The notes under the pieces: generated by a model
What the model was told of the DNA's origin: nothing
What the model saw: the letters and a program-made list of their open reading frames with translations, nothing else
Databases searched by the model: none
Program-made: the position numbers and the translations under genes
Part shown: one piece after another, positions 1 through 11,507 of the stretch
How positions within the stretch are numbered: position 1 is the first letter of the stretch
How the letters are laid out: each line of letters starts with the position of its first letter
Assembly: GCA_002163005.1 (NCBI GenBank)
Contig: MAAF01000024.1
Location: 1,933-65,932, forward strand
From: Colwellia psychrerythraea
GTDB taxonomy: Bacteria; Pseudomonadota; Gammaproteobacteria; Enterobacterales; Alteromonadaceae
Direction of reading: 5' to 3'
Length of the DNA stretch: 64,000 nucleotides

Positions 1-839
1 GCAGCTACAATTTCAGTTAAAGCCGGCTTATCAATAAGCTGAGTTATTAATGTTTGATGCTCTCTTAAAGGTGACATTGGCAATTTATTTGCTGAGCTTT
101 GCTCAAACTCTTGTAACAGTTGTGAGGTTTTGTCATGATTTAGTGGGATTGTCTCTCCCCAGTTGACCATTTTAAGTTGAGTAAGTAAGTTATCTTTGTG
201 TTGTTGCTCAACAAAATAATCAGCAAGTTGACAATACTTGGCATCTGCCGCATTGATAGATGCCCCTGTTAACGCTAAGAACAAACCACAACCGGGAGGC
301 ATTTTATTTAGAAAATAACTGGCGCCCACATCAGGGAATAAACCAATACTGATTTCTGGCATGGCTATACGAGAACTTTCGGTTACGACTCGATGACTCG
401 CTCCAACGAGCATACCTAATCCTCCACCCATGACAATACCATTACCCCAAACGATAAAAGGTTTGTTAAAGGTGTGAATTAAAAAATCTAATTGGTATTC
501 TTGGGTAAAGTAATCTTCAATTTCTGGCGCAAATTTATTGTCTGCATTTAATGCCTCAGCTAAATTTCCAGTGCTGTTATTACTTTTCATAGTACAGTTT
601 TTCATAGCACTATATAGATGTACGATATCTCCGCCGGCACAAAATGCTTTCTCCCCTTCGCCTTGCAAAAATACTGCGGCAATATCTTGCTGTTGCTGCC
701 ATGTAAGTAATTGGGGATAAAGCAGAGCTACCATCTCGCCACTTAATGCATTGAGGGATTTAGGTGAATTAAGGGTGATTAGCCCAATCTTTTTACCATT
801 ACTACAATCGACTTCTTGAAAAATAACTACATCTGTCAT
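1..839 (-). CDS. Enoyl-CoA hydratase/isomerase family protein, 3-hydroxyisobutyryl-CoA hydrolase-like (runs off window start)
   Basis: Manual translation from ATG at 839: MTDVVIFQEVDCSNGKKIGLITLNSPKSLNALSGEM..., crotonase motif AFCAGGDI; AGGAG RBS at about 845-849. Absent from ORF track because it is truncated by the window edge. Confidence 0.85.
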   Translation of the reverse strand, partial: MTDVVIFQEVDCSNGKKIGLITLNSPKSLNALSGEMVALLYPQLLTWQQQQDIAAVFLQGEGEKAFCAGGDIVHLYSAMKNCTMKSNNSTGNLAEALNADNKFAPEIEDYFTQEYQLDFLIHTFNKPFIVWGNGIVMGGGLGMLVGASHRVVTESSRIAMPEISIGLFPDVGASYFLNKMPPGCGLFLALTGASINAADAKYCQLADYFVEQQHKDNLLTQLKMVNWGETIPLNHDKTSQLLQEFEQSSANKLPMSPLREHQTLITQLIDKPALTEIVA

Positions 840-1078
840 AATTTCTCCTATTCATAATTTTTCTTATATTAGTCTTGTTTACGTTTTAAAGTACCAAGAC
901 TACTTATTTAGCCAAACGGGCTTAGGTTAATCTGAAAAAGTTATACGCCTTCTTTTTGGTAAGGTGAGTTACATAACTCAACAAAAGCCTGACGCTTGTT
1001 CAATTGGTCTAACACGATTTCTTTGAATTAATTTTTACAGGCTATTACAGCAGGACTTTATTCTTCACCTTGTGCAAC

Positions 1079-1136
1079 TATACCCGTTACCAATCAAAGC
1101 ACTCTTAAACCTGCATCTTGAATGATAACGGGTATA
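1079..1136. repeat. Short ERIC-like palindromic repeat (TATACCCGTTA...TAACGGGTATA)
   Basis: Terminal inverted repeat seen directly; related copies at 28212-28271, 30907-30940 and 60754-61005. Confidence 0.7.
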
Positions 1137-1141
1137 ATAAG

Positions 1142-2302
1142 CTATAATAATTGCCCTGCCCCTTCGGCTAACAAGCGGCGAGCAATAATAACGCGCATAA
1201 TTTCATTGGTGCCCTCAAGGATTTGATGGACACGTACGTCTCTAAAGTGGCGCTCTAATGGATATTCTTTGATATAACCATAACCACCATGGATTTGCAG
1301 CGCCGCATCACAAACCTGAAAGCCTATATCGGTAGCAAAACGTTTCGCCATAGCGCAATATGCGGTTTTTTCACTGTTATTATTATCTAATTTATAAGCC
1401 GCTAAACGCACTAGTTGTCTAGCTGCCACAAGTTCAGTGGCCATATCAGCGAGTTTAAATTGTAATCCTTGAAATGCTGCAATAGGTTTTCCAAATTGTT
1501 CTCGCTCTTTCATATAGGTCATTGCAGAATTAAGTGCTTGCTGTGCTGTACCAATTGAACAAGTAGCAATATTAATACGCCCACCATCTAAACCTTTCAT
1601 CGCTAATGAAAAGCCTTCCCCTTCATTGGCAAGTAAGTTTTCAACAGGCACTTTGACATTATCAAAGGTGATCTGTCTGGTTGGTTGTGCATTCCAACCA
1701 AGCTTTTCTTCTGCCTTGCCATAAATAACTCCCTCAAGATCAGCAGGAATAACTAAAGCGGAAATGCCTTTAGGTCCCGCTTTTCCCGTGCGAACCATTA
1801 CCACCAGTACATCGGTTTCACCTGCACCAGAAATAAACACCTTTGAACCATTAATAATATAATGATCACCAACTTTTTTGGCACTTGTGCTAAGTGATGC
1901 TGCATCAGAGCCTGAACCTGGCTCGGTTAAACAATACGAGGCAAGTTTTTTACCTGTTACTAATGAAGGACACCAACTATCTTTTATAGATTTTTTCCCC
2001 CACGTGGCGATCATCCAAGTAGCCATATTATGAATAGTCATCATGGCCGTTGTGGTTGTACATCCCATTGAGAGCTGTTCAAAAATTATTGATGAATCTA
2101 ATCGACTTAATCCTAATCCACCTGCATCTTCAGGTGCATATAAACCACAAAAGCCAAGTTCTCCAGCTTTGGCTATCACCTCTTTTGGGAAGGTATGCTC
2201 TACATCCCACTTGGCCGCATTGGGTAATAATTCGCTGTCGCTAAATTGCTTAGCGGTATCAGCAAACATTTGCTGATCTTCAGTTAAATCAAAATTCATC
2301 AA
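1142..2302 (-). CDS. Acyl-CoA dehydrogenase (isobutyryl-CoA dehydrogenase-like)
   Basis: 386 aa ORF; motifs YCLTEPGSGSDA, QIHGGYGY, ILEGTNEIM; sits in BCAA catabolic cluster. Confidence 0.9.
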   Translation of the reverse strand: MMNFDLTEDQQMFADTAKQFSDSELLPNAAKWDVEHTFPKEVIAKAGELGFCGLYAPEDAGGLGLSRLDSSIIFEQLSMGCTTTTAMMTIHNMATWMIATWGKKSIKDSWCPSLVTGKKLASYCLTEPGSGSDAASLSTSAKKVGDHYIINGSKVFISGAGETDVLVVMVRTGKAGPKGISALVIPADLEGVIYGKAEEKLGWNAQPTRQITFDNVKVPVENLLANEGEGFSLAMKGLDGGRINIATCSIGTAQQALNSAMTYMKEREQFGKPIAAFQGLQFKLADMATELVAARQLVRLAAYKLDNNNSEKTAYCAMAKRFATDIGFQVCDAALQIHGGYGYIKEYPLERHFRDVRVHQILEGTNEIMRVIIARRLLAEGAGQLL

Positions 2303-2456
2303 TAATTCCTATATTAATAAAACATCTATATATAACCACTTATAATTGTTCAGGTTAAATCTTTATGCTTCTATTAAAAGAAAAAAGTACTCATTGACGA
2401 TAATCAATGAGTACTTTTGATATATAAAATGAGCTATTGTGCAATCAAATGTGTAA

Positions 2457-3641
2457 TTACAACATTTCTAATGCGATTGCAGTCGCTTCACCGCCACCAA
2501 TACAAAGAGAAGCAACACCTTTTGATAAACCTTTATTCTTTAATGCATGAATAAGCGTTACCATAATGCGCGCTCCACTTGCGCCTAATGGGTGACCTAG
2601 GGCACAAGCACCACCATTAACATTGACTTTATTGATATCTAAATCCATTTCTTTAACAGCAAGCATAGTGACCATAGCAAACGCTTCATTAATTTCAAAT
2701 AAATCAACATCTCTTGCAGTCCAACCGGCTTTATCTAGTAATTTATTCATCGCACCTACTGGTGCTACGGTAAATTCTGCCGGTGCTTGTGCATGTGTAG
2801 CATGAGCGACAACTTTACAAAGTGGTGATAAACCACGTTTTTCAGCTTCTGATAATTTCATCATCACAAGCGCTGCTGCGCCGTCTGAGATTGAGCTTGA
2901 ATTAGCCGCGGTAATAGTGCCTTCTTTTTTAAATGCTGCACGCAATGATGGGATCTTATCTGGACGAGCATTGCCTGGCTGTTCATCTGTATCAATAATA
3001 GTTTCTTTACGTCGATTAACTACGGTTACAGCTGCAATTTCATTTTTAAAAGCGCCAGATTCAATCGCTTGATTTGCACGACTCAATGAACGGATAGCAA
3101 ATTCATCCATTGCTTCACGCGTAAAGCTAGCTTCATCGGCAGTATCTTGAGCAAAACACCCCATAGAAATTCCGTCATACGCATTTTCTAAGCCGTCTTG
3201 CATCATATGATCTATGACTTGACCATGCCCCATGCGTAAACCGGTTCTGACTTTTGGTAAAATATAAGGCGCATTACTCATGCTCTCCATGCCGCCAGCA
3301 ATGGCAACATCGATAGAGCCCGCAAGTAATGCGTCATGCGCTTGCATAGCAGCTTTCATGCCTGAACCACATACTTTATTGATTGTGGTACACACCGTAG
3401 ATAAAGATAAGTCAGCAGCAATCGCTGCTTGTCTTGCTGGTGCTTGCTTTAAACCTGCAGGTAAAACACAGCCCATAATGAGTTCATCAACTTGATCATT
3501 GGCTAAATTAGCTTGGGTTATAGCGGCTTTGATTGCGGTAGCACCTAATTCAGGCGTAGTTACCGGCGACAAACAACCGCCAAAGCCACCCATAGGGGTT
3601 CTTACAGCGGAAACAATAACAATAGGATCTGATAATGACAT
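2457..3641 (-). CDS. Acetyl-CoA C-acyltransferase (thiolase)
   Basis: 394 aa; NKVCGSG active-site Cys, GHPLGASG, CIGGG motifs. Confidence 0.93.
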   Translation of the reverse strand: MSLSDPIVIVSAVRTPMGGFGGCLSPVTTPELGATAIKAAITQANLANDQVDELIMGCVLPAGLKQAPARQAAIAADLSLSTVCTTINKVCGSGMKAAMQAHDALLAGSIDVAIAGGMESMSNAPYILPKVRTGLRMGHGQVIDHMMQDGLENAYDGISMGCFAQDTADEASFTREAMDEFAIRSLSRANQAIESGAFKNEIAAVTVVNRRKETIIDTDEQPGNARPDKIPSLRAAFKKEGTITAANSSSISDGAAALVMMKLSEAEKRGLSPLCKVVAHATHAQAPAEFTVAPVGAMNKLLDKAGWTARDVDLFEINEAFAMVTMLAVKEMDLDINKVNVNGGACALGHPLGASGARIMVTLIHALKNKGLSKGVASLCIGGGEATAIALEML

Positions 3642-3720
3642 TGAACTCTCCAGTTTCTGAATGATAATAAGTTTAAATAAATTCGAAAATATTGATAGCT
3701 TAGCCTAACCTAACATTTAA

Positions 3721-3737
3721 GTTTACGTCAACGGAAC
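3721..3737. promoter_or_regulatory. Probable LiuR operator upstream of the thiolase gene
   Basis: GTTTACGTCAACGGAAC, imperfect version of the palindrome at 3853-3868; overlaps a TTGACG -35-like hexamer on the minus strand. Confidence 0.6.
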
Positions 3738-3851
3738 TTTAGTCTTATTAGGCTGACTTAGATTGGATTAAATTAATCTTGTTGATAGTCAGGAAAATTA
3801 TAAATTATTTTTACTGAAAAATTTAATAGATTAACCACCTTAAAACTTACC

Positions 3852-3869
3852 CTTTACGTTAACGTAAAC
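3852..3869. promoter_or_regulatory. LiuR operator upstream of liuR
   Basis: Perfect 16-bp palindrome TTTACGTTAACGTAAA (3853-3868) followed by TAATAT; matches the LiuR-type TTTACGTnnACGTAAA motif as I know it. Confidence 0.75.
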
Positions 3870-3924
3870 TTAATATAAGATAAATCAATAAATGATTTTC
3901 AAGAAGAGATATACGAGTAAATAA

Positions 3925-4323
3925 ATGACCCTAAAAATTAGCCAAGCCAAATACTCTATTAGCGATTTATCAAAAGAATTTGATATCACTACACGCAGCA
4001 TTCGTTTTTATGAAGATCAAGGGCTAATCTTTCCTGCGCGTAAAGGGCAAACAAGAATTTACAATCAAAGGGATAAAGTTCGTCTGAAATTGATTCTCCG
4101 TGGTAAACGATTAGGATTTTCATTAGCCGAAACTGGCCGTTTGTTTGAGCTTTATGATGTTGATAAAACCAGTGCTACACAGTTAAGTACCATAATGACT
4201 TTGATTAACAACAAGAAGAACGATTTAAAACAGCAACTTGAAGATATCAACGCGATATTAATAGAACTAAATGACTTAGAGGATAATTGTAAAACCACAC
4301 TCAAAACACTTGAGAACAGTTAA
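3925..4323 (+). CDS. liuR: MerR-family regulator of BCAA catabolism
   Basis: 132 aa; YSISDLSKEFDITTRSIRFYED MerR HTH; directly upstream of isovaleryl-CoA dehydrogenase. Confidence 0.85.
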   Translation: MTLKISQAKYSISDLSKEFDITTRSIRFYEDQGLIFPARKGQTRIYNQRDKVRLKLILRGKRLGFSLAETGRLFELYDVDKTSATQLSTIMTLINNKKNDLKQQLEDINAILIELNDLEDNCKTTLKTLENS

Positions 4324-4349
4324 TTACAACGAAAATTTTATAAAGAATA

Positions 4350-4478
4350 TATACCCAAACTACCTGAAGATACAGGTTTCAGCTGGAATTAGAAATGCCT
4401 TTAGGCAAGGCATTGATTGAAGAGAATAGTTATTCTATTGTCGAAATCAATAACGCCCCATAAAGCGTTTCTAAACCC
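4350..4478. repeat. Palindromic interspersed repeat between liuR and liuA
   Basis: Outer arms TTAGAAATGCCTTTA / TAAAGCGTTTCTAA; core GGCAAGGCATTGATTGAAG.GAAT.GTTATTC shared with 30948-31216 and 34905-35106; 5' end TATACCCAAACTACCTGAAGAT shared with 30160-30206. Confidence 0.75.
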
Positions 4479-4539
4479 ATTCAACCGTTACTAACTCACC
4501 ACTGCAAAGCGGGACTGAGTTTCACTAAAAGGATAAAGC

Positions 4540-5709
4540 ATGATTTCAAAATTCAGCTCACTTAACTATAACTTAGGCGAAACCGTGGATATGATCCGCG
4601 AGACTGTTAACGCTTTTGCCCGTGATGAAATTGCGCCACGCGCCCAACAAATAGATATTGATAATGAATTCCCTGCTGACTTATGGAAAAAATTTGGCGA
4701 CATGGGTCTTTTAGGTATGACTGTTGAAGAAGAATATGGCGGTTCAGGTTTAGGCTATTTAGAACACATTGTTGCTATGCAAGAAATAAGTAGAGCTTCA
4801 GCATCTGTAGGTTTGAGCTATGGTGCAATGTCAAACTTATGCCTTAACCAATTACGTAAAAATGGTTCACATGAGCAAAAGTTAAAGTATCTACCTAAGC
4901 TTTGTACTGGTGAGCATGTAGGTGCACTAGCTATGAGTGAACCTAATGCTGGTTCAGATGTTGTAAGCATGAAACTTCGCGCTGATAAAAAAGGCGATAA
5001 GTACATTCTTAATGGCAACAAGATGTGGATAACCAATGGCCCAGAAGCTGATGTCTATGTTATTTACGCTAAAACAGATACCAGTGCGGGTTCAAAAGGC
5101 ATTACCGCTTTTATCGTTGAGCGAGATTATCCTGGTTTTTCTCGTCACCAGAAATTAGATAAGTTAGGCATGCGTGGCTCAAACACTTGTGAGTTAGTTT
5201 TTCAGGATTGTGAAGTACCAGCGGAAAATATTTTAGGTACTGAAGGAAAAGGCGTTCGTGTATTGATGTCAGGTTTAGATTATGAGCGTGTCGTTTTATC
5301 TGGCGGTTCTTTAGGGATTATGGATGCTTGCATGGATTTAGTCGTACCTTATATTCATGACAGAAAACAATTTGGCCAATCCATTGGTGAATTTCAATTA
5401 GTACAAGGCAAAGTAGCCGATATGTACACTCAAATGAATGCAGCTAAATCTTATGCCTACATGGTTGCCCAAGCGTGTGACCGTGGTGAAACTACTCGAA
5501 AAGATTCTGCCGCCGTTATTCTTTATGCCGCTGAATTAGCAACTAAAATGGCACTTGATACCATTCAATTACTTGGTGGTAATGGTTATATCAATGAATT
5601 CCCAGCTGGTCGTTTACTCCGTGACGCCAAATTGTATGAAATAGGTGCTGGTACTTCAGAGATTCGTCGCATGTTGATAGGCCGTGAATTATTCAACGAA
5701 TCTAACTAG
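4540..5709 (+). CDS. liuA: Isovaleryl-CoA dehydrogenase
   Basis: 389 aa; [25 protein letters not shown]; followed by methylcrotonyl-CoA carboxylase genes. Confidence 0.93.
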   Translation: MISKFSSLNYNLGETVDMIRETVNAFARDEIAPRAQQIDIDNEFPADLWKKFGDMGLLGMTVEEEYGGSGLGYLEHIVAMQEISRASASVGLSYGAMSNLCLNQLRKNGSHEQKLKYLPKLCTGEHVGALAMSEPNAGSDVVSMKLRADKKGDKYILNGNKMWITNGPEADVYVIYAKTDTSAGSKGITAFIVERDYPGFSRHQKLDKLGMRGSNTCELVFQDCEVPAENILGTEGKGVRVLMSGLDYERVVLSGGSLGIMDACMDLVVPYIHDRKQFGQSIGEFQLVQGKVADMYTQMNAAKSYAYMVAQACDRGETTRKDSAAVILYAAELATKMALDTIQLLGGNGYINEFPAGRLLRDAKLYEIGAGTSEIRRMLIGRELFNESN

Positions 5710-5782
5710 TAATTCAGTTTTAAGTTGAATCATTACTCAAATAACTAATTTAATGGGTATTTAAACAGGTAATTAGTTAACC

Positions 5783-5906
5783 AGTAATTGTTTAGTTTGC
5801 AGCGGTTTAATTCAAATACAAGGCAAAAAAGCAGAGTTGACGTTAGTCAATGAGCAGTTTTAAACGCAGTAGTTGAGTTAAATCGCAATAAAATAAATTA
5901 TTACTA
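5783..5906. repeat. Long imperfect palindromic repeat between liuA and liuB
   Basis: Arms GCGGTTTAATTCAA / TTGAGTTAAATCGC; inner TTGAC-GTTA-GTCAA; CAAGGC at 5819 and AACGC at 5863. Confidence 0.6.
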
Positions 5907-5927
5907 TCAAATAAAAGGCTCTCTCCC

Positions 5928-7535
5928 GTGGCAAAAATAATAAGTAAAATAAACACTCGCAGCCAAGACTTTCTTGACAATGCTGCTCATATGCAAACCC
6001 AAGTTGATGATTTACGAGAAAAACTAAGTGAAATCAAACTTGGCGGTGGCGAACGTTCTCGAGAGCGACATGTCGGACGTGGTAAGTTATTACCAAGAGA
6101 CAGAGTCAATGCTTTACTAGACGATGGCTCCGCATTTTTAGAGTTCTCGCAACTTGCCGCCTACCAAGTTTATGATGATAACGTGCCTAGTGCTGGTATT
6201 ATCACAGGTATAGGCCGAGTGGCTGGACAAGAGTGTGTTATTGTTGCCAATGATGCCACAGTTAAAGGGGGGACTTATTACCCACTCACAGTTAAAAAAC
6301 ATCTTCGTGCACAATCTATTGCAAAAGAAAACAACCTGCCTTGTATTTATTTAGTTGATTCTGGTGGCGCTAACTTACCAAATCAAGATGATGTATTTCC
6401 AGATAAAGAACACTTTGGTCGTATTTTCTTTAACCAAGCGAATATGTCAGCCAATAACATTCCTCAAATTGCTGTGGTCATGGGCTCTTGTACTGCAGGT
6501 GGTGCTTACGTTCCTGCGATGGCAGATGAATCAATTATTGTTAAAGAACAAGGTACAATATTCTTAGCTGGTCCTCCACTGGTTAAAGCAGCTACGGGCG
6601 AAGTAGTAAGCGCTGAAGATCTCGGTGGTGCAGATGTACATTGTCGTACTTCAGGTGTTACCGATCATTATGCACAAAACGATCACCATGCACTCGAAAT
6701 AGCCCGCTCTGCCGTTAAAAATTTGAACAGAGTAAAACCAGTAACAATAGATTTCCAAGAAGTTGTTGAACCCGAATATCCAAGTGACGATATCTACGGC
6801 ATTATCCCTAAAGACACTCGTCAGCCTTATGATGTACGTGAAATTATTGCTCGTATTGTTGATGGCAGTGAATTTAACGAGTTTAAAGCCCTTTATGGCA
6901 ATACCTTAGTTTGTGGCTTTGCCAATATTTATGGTTACCCTGTTGGTATTGTCGCTAATAATGGGGTGTTATTTGGTGAGTCTGCCGAAAAAGGTGCCCA
7001 CTTTATTCAATTGTGTGCACAACGAAAAATTCCCCTAGTATTTTTACAAAACATCACTGGTTTCATGGTTGGCAAACAGTATGAGTCAGGCGGTATTGCT
7101 AAGCATGGCGCTAAGATGGTTACCGCTGTTGCGACAGCACAAGTACCTAAGTTTACCATTTTAATTGGTGGCAGTTTTGGCGCAGGAAATTATGGCATGT
7201 GTGGTCGCGCTTATGATCCTCGCTTCTTATTTATGTGGCCAAATTCACGTATATCAGTGATGGGTGGCGAGCAAGCTGCTGGCGTTATGGCACAAGTAAC
7301 ACGTGATAAAAAAGAGAAACTGGGTGAAAGCTGGAGCGAAGCCGACGAGCAAAGCTTTAAGCAACCTATCATAGATAACTATGAACACCAAGGTCATCCT
7401 TATTACGCCTCGGCGCGCTTATGGGATGATGGCATTATCGATCCTGCTGATACTAGACAAGTTTTAGGTTTAGCTATTTCAGCCTCATTAAACAAAACAA
7501 TTGAAGAGACCAAGTTTGGCATCTTCCGTATGTAA
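5928..7535 (+). CDS. liuB: Methylcrotonoyl-CoA carboxylase, carboxyltransferase (beta) subunit
   Basis: 535 aa; [26 protein letters not shown] motifs; GTG start. Confidence 0.93.
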   Translation: MAKIISKINTRSQDFLDNAAHMQTQVDDLREKLSEIKLGGGERSRERHVGRGKLLPRDRVNALLDDGSAFLEFSQLAAYQVYDDNVPSAGIITGIGRVAGQECVIVANDATVKGGTYYPLTVKKHLRAQSIAKENNLPCIYLVDSGGANLPNQDDVFPDKEHFGRIFFNQANMSANNIPQIAVVMGSCTAGGAYVPAMADESIIVKEQGTIFLAGPPLVKAATGEVVSAEDLGGADVHCRTSGVTDHYAQNDHHALEIARSAVKNLNRVKPVTIDFQEVVEPEYPSDDIYGIIPKDTRQPYDVREIIARIVDGSEFNEFKALYGNTLVCGFANIYGYPVGIVANNGVLFGESAEKGAHFIQLCAQRKIPLVFLQNITGFMVGKQYESGGIAKHGAKMVTAVATAQVPKFTILIGGSFGAGNYGMCGRAYDPRFLFMWPNSRISVMGGEQAAGVMAQVTRDKKEKLGESWSEADEQSFKQPIIDNYEHQGHPYYASARLWDDGIIDPADTRQVLGLAISASLNKTIEETKFGIFRM

Positions 7536-7565
7536 TCGTATGAACAAGGGTAAAGCGTACTTATT

Positions 7566-8354
7566 ATGAAGTCCAATAACGACACAGTTTTGTTAGAAGT
7601 TAATGAGCAAGGTATTGCCACCGTCACTTTGAACAATCCAGAAAAACACAATGCTTTTGATGATGTCATCATTAAACAGTTAACTGATATTTTTAATGAC
7701 ATCAGTCAGCGCGATGACATTAGCATTCTGATTTTAGCCTCAAACGGCAAGAGTTTTAGTGCAGGTGCTGACTTAGGTTGGATGAAGCGTATGGCTGGTT
7801 ACTCGTATGAAGATAACTTGAAAGATGCCAACGCGTTAGCGCAAATGTTAAAGGCATTAAATTTTTTGCCACAAACGACTATTGCCAAAATTCAAGGTGC
7901 CGCTTTTGGTGGTGCTGTCGGTTTAGCTAGCTGTTGTGACATTGTTATCGCGAGCACTAAAGCAAGCTTTTGTTTAAGTGAAGTCAAATTGGGTTTAATA
8001 CCCGCAACTATCAGCCCTTATGTAGTAGATGCTATTGGTTTAAAGGCTAGTCGCCGTTACTTTCAAACTGCCGAACGTTTCTTTAGCGATAAAGCGCAAC
8101 AACTTGGTTTAGTGGATGAAGTGGTAGCGCCTGATGCGTTAACTGATGAAGTCAATTCGATGGTAGCCAAGTTATTAGTTAATGGTAGTCAAGCTAGACG
8201 ACAGGCAAAAAAACTTAGTCAAGATGTCGCCTTTCAAACAATTAATGAAAACTTACTCAAAGACACCAGTGAGCGTATAGCAGCTATTCGCGTATCAACT
8301 GAAGGACAAGAAGGTTTAACCGCTTTTTTTGAAAAACGAGCGCCTAATTGGTAA
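7566..8354 (+). CDS. liuC: Methylglutaconyl-CoA hydratase (crotonase family)
   Basis: 262 aa; FSAGADL, GGAVGL, SEVKLGLIPA; operon position. Confidence 0.88.
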   Translation: MKSNNDTVLLEVNEQGIATVTLNNPEKHNAFDDVIIKQLTDIFNDISQRDDISILILASNGKSFSAGADLGWMKRMAGYSYEDNLKDANALAQMLKALNFLPQTTIAKIQGAAFGGAVGLASCCDIVIASTKASFCLSEVKLGLIPATISPYVVDAIGLKASRRYFQTAERFFSDKAQQLGLVDEVVAPDALTDEVNSMVAKLLVNGSQARRQAKKLSQDVAFQTINENLLKDTSERIAAIRVSTEGQEGLTAFFEKRAPNW

Positions 8355-8422
8355 AAGTTAGCGTCTAGTTATCCGTTGTTAAGTGATATTAAGTGATACT
8401 AAAAGAATAAAAGGATAGATAA

Positions 8423-10462
8423 ATGTTCAGTAAAATTTTAATTGCCAACCGTGGTGAAATTGCCTGCCGCATTATTAAAACAGCCAAGAAAATGGGTGTA
8501 TTAACCGTTGCCGTTTATTCAGATGCCGATAAAGATGCTTTGCATGTTCATATGGCCGATGAAGCCGTTTACATTGGCCCTTCGCCATCACGCGAAAGCT
8601 ATTTGTTAGGTGATAAAGTCATCGCTGCCGCCAAGCTGACAGGAGCACAAGCGATTCATCCTGGTTATGGCTTTTTATCTGAAAATGCTGGTTTTTGTCG
8701 TAACTGTGCAGCTGAGAACATCACCTTTATCGGCCCTCCTGTTGGCGCCATTGAAGCGATGGGTTCAAAATCTGCCGCTAAAAACATTATGGAAAAAGCC
8801 GACGTGCCATTAGTGCCTGGTTATCATGGTGATGATCAGTCACGTGATATCATCAAAAAAGCGGCTGACGACATGGGCTATCCAGTGCTATTAAAAGCCA
8901 CAGCAGGTGGTGGTGGTAAAGGCATGCGCCAAGTTTGGAGCGAAGCAGAATTCGATGAAGGTTTAGCCGCTGCAAAACGTGAAGCGATGTCATCATTTGG
9001 TGATGACACTATGTTAGTTGAAAAATATCTAACGCAGCCTCGCCATGTTGAGATCCAAGTGTTTTGTGATAATCACAAAAATGCTGTTTATTTATTTGAA
9101 CGTGATTGCTCAGTACAGCGTCGCCATCAAAAAGTAATTGAAGAAGCCCCTGCTTTTAGCATGAGCGAAGAATTACGCGCTCAAATGGGCGAATCTGCAA
9201 TAAAATCTGCCCAGGCGATAGGCTACCAAGGTGCTGGTACTGTTGAGTTTTTACTTGATATCGACGGCTCTTTCTATTTTATGGAAATGAACACCCGCTT
9301 ACAAGTTGAACACCCTGTTACTGAAATGATCAGTGGACAAGATTTAGTAGAATGGCAGTTACGCGTAGCCGCTGGTGAATTACTGCCTAAAACACAACAA
9401 CAACTTGTACTTAACGGTCATGCTTTTGAAGCGCGTATTTATGCAGAAGATGCTAATAACGACTTTTTACCCGCAACAGGAAAGTTGACTCTATTAAAAA
9501 CACCTATTGAGAGCGAACATGTTCGTATAGATACCGGTGTTCGTCAAGGCGATGACGTTAGTGTGTATTATGATCCCATGATTGCTAAATTGATTGTCTG
9601 GGATGAAAATCGTGAAAAGGCACTGCAGCGCTTAGCAAAAGCATTGAGTGAATACCGTATTAATGGTGTAACGACTAATATTGATTTTCTTTATAATTTA
9701 GCCACATCAGCTCCTTTTAAAGCCGCTGATATTGATACTGGTTTTATTGAAAAAAATCATGACCTGATTTTTCATAACGATGAAAAACCACTAGTTAATG
9801 AGTTACCTATTGCAGCGTTATTCCTTGTTCTATCTAAAGAAAGCAAGGCAAAACAGCAAGCGCAACAAAGTAATGACCCACATTCGCCTTGGTATAACGC
9901 GAATGCATGGCGCCTAAATGAAGCTAATTTACATACGCTAATACTCGCGCACAATGATACCGAGCACACGGTAACAGTTGAACAAAAACGTCAGGGTAAT
10001 GATGCCTATTATTCCATTAATGTAAATGGTGAAAAGTTTGATTGCCAAGGCGAAATATTAACTACGCCCCATAATAATGACACTATCATAGCGACTATTA
10101 ACGGACATCGTAGCCAAACTACCTTTAATCACTTTGAAAATAACATAAATCTATATAGGACTAATGGCGTATTTAACTTTACTCATATTCTGCCAGACTG
10201 TGGTCAGCATAACGAAGATGATAATCATGGTGGTTTAGCAGCACCAATGAATGGCACCATGGTGAGTGTTTTGGTTAAATCTGGCGAACAGGTGAGTAAA
10301 GACCAACCATTATTGATCATGGAAGCGATGAAAATGGAACATACTATCAAAGCGCCAAGCGACGGTACTATTGATGAGATATTTTTCCAAGTAGGTGACA
10401 TGGTAGATGGTGGTGCTGAGTTATTAGCGTTCACTGAACAAGAAAATAGCAGTGAAGATTAG
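8423..10462 (+). CDS. liuD: Methylcrotonoyl-CoA carboxylase, biotin carboxylase/biotin-carrier (alpha) subunit
   Basis: 679 aa; [26 protein letters not shown] biotinylation motif. Confidence 0.93.
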   Translation: MFSKILIANRGEIACRIIKTAKKMGVLTVAVYSDADKDALHVHMADEAVYIGPSPSRESYLLGDKVIAAAKLTGAQAIHPGYGFLSENAGFCRNCAAENITFIGPPVGAIEAMGSKSAAKNIMEKADVPLVPGYHGDDQSRDIIKKAADDMGYPVLLKATAGGGGKGMRQVWSEAEFDEGLAAAKREAMSSFGDDTMLVEKYLTQPRHVEIQVFCDNHKNAVYLFERDCSVQRRHQKVIEEAPAFSMSEELRAQMGESAIKSAQAIGYQGAGTVEFLLDIDGSFYFMEMNTRLQVEHPVTEMISGQDLVEWQLRVAAGELLPKTQQQLVLNGHAFEARIYAEDANNDFLPATGKLTLLKTPIESEHVRIDTGVRQGDDVSVYYDPMIAKLIVWDENREKALQRLAKALSEYRINGVTTNIDFLYNLATSAPFKAADIDTGFIEKNHDLIFHNDEKPLVNELPIAALFLVLSKESKAKQQAQQSNDPHSPWYNANAWRLNEANLHTLILAHNDTEHTVTVEQKRQGNDAYYSINVNGEKFDCQGEILTTPHNNDTIIATINGHRSQTTFNHFENNINLYRTNGVFNFTHILPDCGQHNEDDNHGGLAAPMNGTMVSVLVKSGEQVSKDQPLLIMEAMKMEHTIKAPSDGTIDEIFFQVGDMVDGGAELLAFTEQENSSED

Positions 10463-10467
10463 GAGCA

Positions 10468-11397
10468 ATGATGTTATCAAACAAATTACCACAACAGGTT
10501 AAAGTTGTTGAAGTTGGTCCTAGAGATGGTCTGCAAAATGAAGCGACTCCCATTAGTGCTAACGATAAAATTCAGCTGATAGAAAAACTCAGCGCTGCTG
10601 GTGTTAGTTATATTGAAAGTGGCAGTTTTGTTTCACCTAAATGGGTGCCACAAATGGCAACCTCTACTGAAGTATTTGAAAAACTCAATCGCAATCAGAA
10701 GGTAACCTATGCCGCATTAACGCCTAATATGCGTGGTTTTGAAGCTGCAATGGCAGTCAACGCCGATGAGGTCGCTATTTTTGGCGCTGCCTCTGAAAGC
10801 TTTAGCCAAAAAAACATAAACTGCTCTATTGAAGAGAGCCTTGAGCGCTTTGCGCCTATTATGGAAGCGGCTAAAAAAGCTAATATCAAAGTACGTGGTT
10901 ATGTTTCTTGTGTATTAGGTTGTCCCTATGAAGGTGATGTAGCTCCTGAGCAAGTTGCTTTAGTCGCGGAAAAACTCTTTGCCATGGGCTGTTACGAAAT
11001 TTCATTAGGTGACACCGTAGGTGTTGGTAACCCAGACAGCGTAACAAAAATGATACAAGCCGTTAGTGCCCGTGTACCAACAGATAAACTAGCGGTTCAC
11101 TTTCATGATACCTATGGGCAAGCGTTAACCAATATTTACGCTGCATTACAACTGGGTGTCAAGGTAGTCGATAGTGCTATTGCTGGTTTAGGCGGTTGTC
11201 CTTATGCTAAAGGAGCTTCAGGTAATGTAGCTACTGAAGATGTTGTTTATATGCTTAATGGTTTAGGTATAACGACAGGCATCAATTTCAAGAAGTTATT
11301 ACAGGCAGGTTGGTTTATTAGCGATAAGTTAGGTAAAACACCTATATCTAAAGTATCAAATGCTTATTTAGCACAAGAAAAAGTTTCAGAAGAATAG
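10468..11397 (+). CDS. liuE: Hydroxymethylglutaryl-CoA lyase
   Basis: 309 aa; [24 protein letters not shown]. Confidence 0.93.
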   Translation: MMLSNKLPQQVKVVEVGPRDGLQNEATPISANDKIQLIEKLSAAGVSYIESGSFVSPKWVPQMATSTEVFEKLNRNQKVTYAALTPNMRGFEAAMAVNADEVAIFGAASESFSQKNINCSIEESLERFAPIMEAAKKANIKVRGYVSCVLGCPYEGDVAPEQVALVAEKLFAMGCYEISLGDTVGVGNPDSVTKMIQAVSARVPTDKLAVHFHDTYGQALTNIYAALQLGVKVVDSAIAGLGGCPYAKGASGNVATEDVVYMLNGLGITTGINFKKLLQAGWFISDKLGKTPISKVSNAYLAQEKVSEE

Positions 11398-11507
11398 CAG
11401 TTTCTTCGCACAGAGATAAAAGCAACAAATAGACTGATTAATTCTTTTGTTTATTCTTACTCTCTGTTAAATTTTTATAAAATATCAAACCGAATGAGGA
11501 GAATAAA

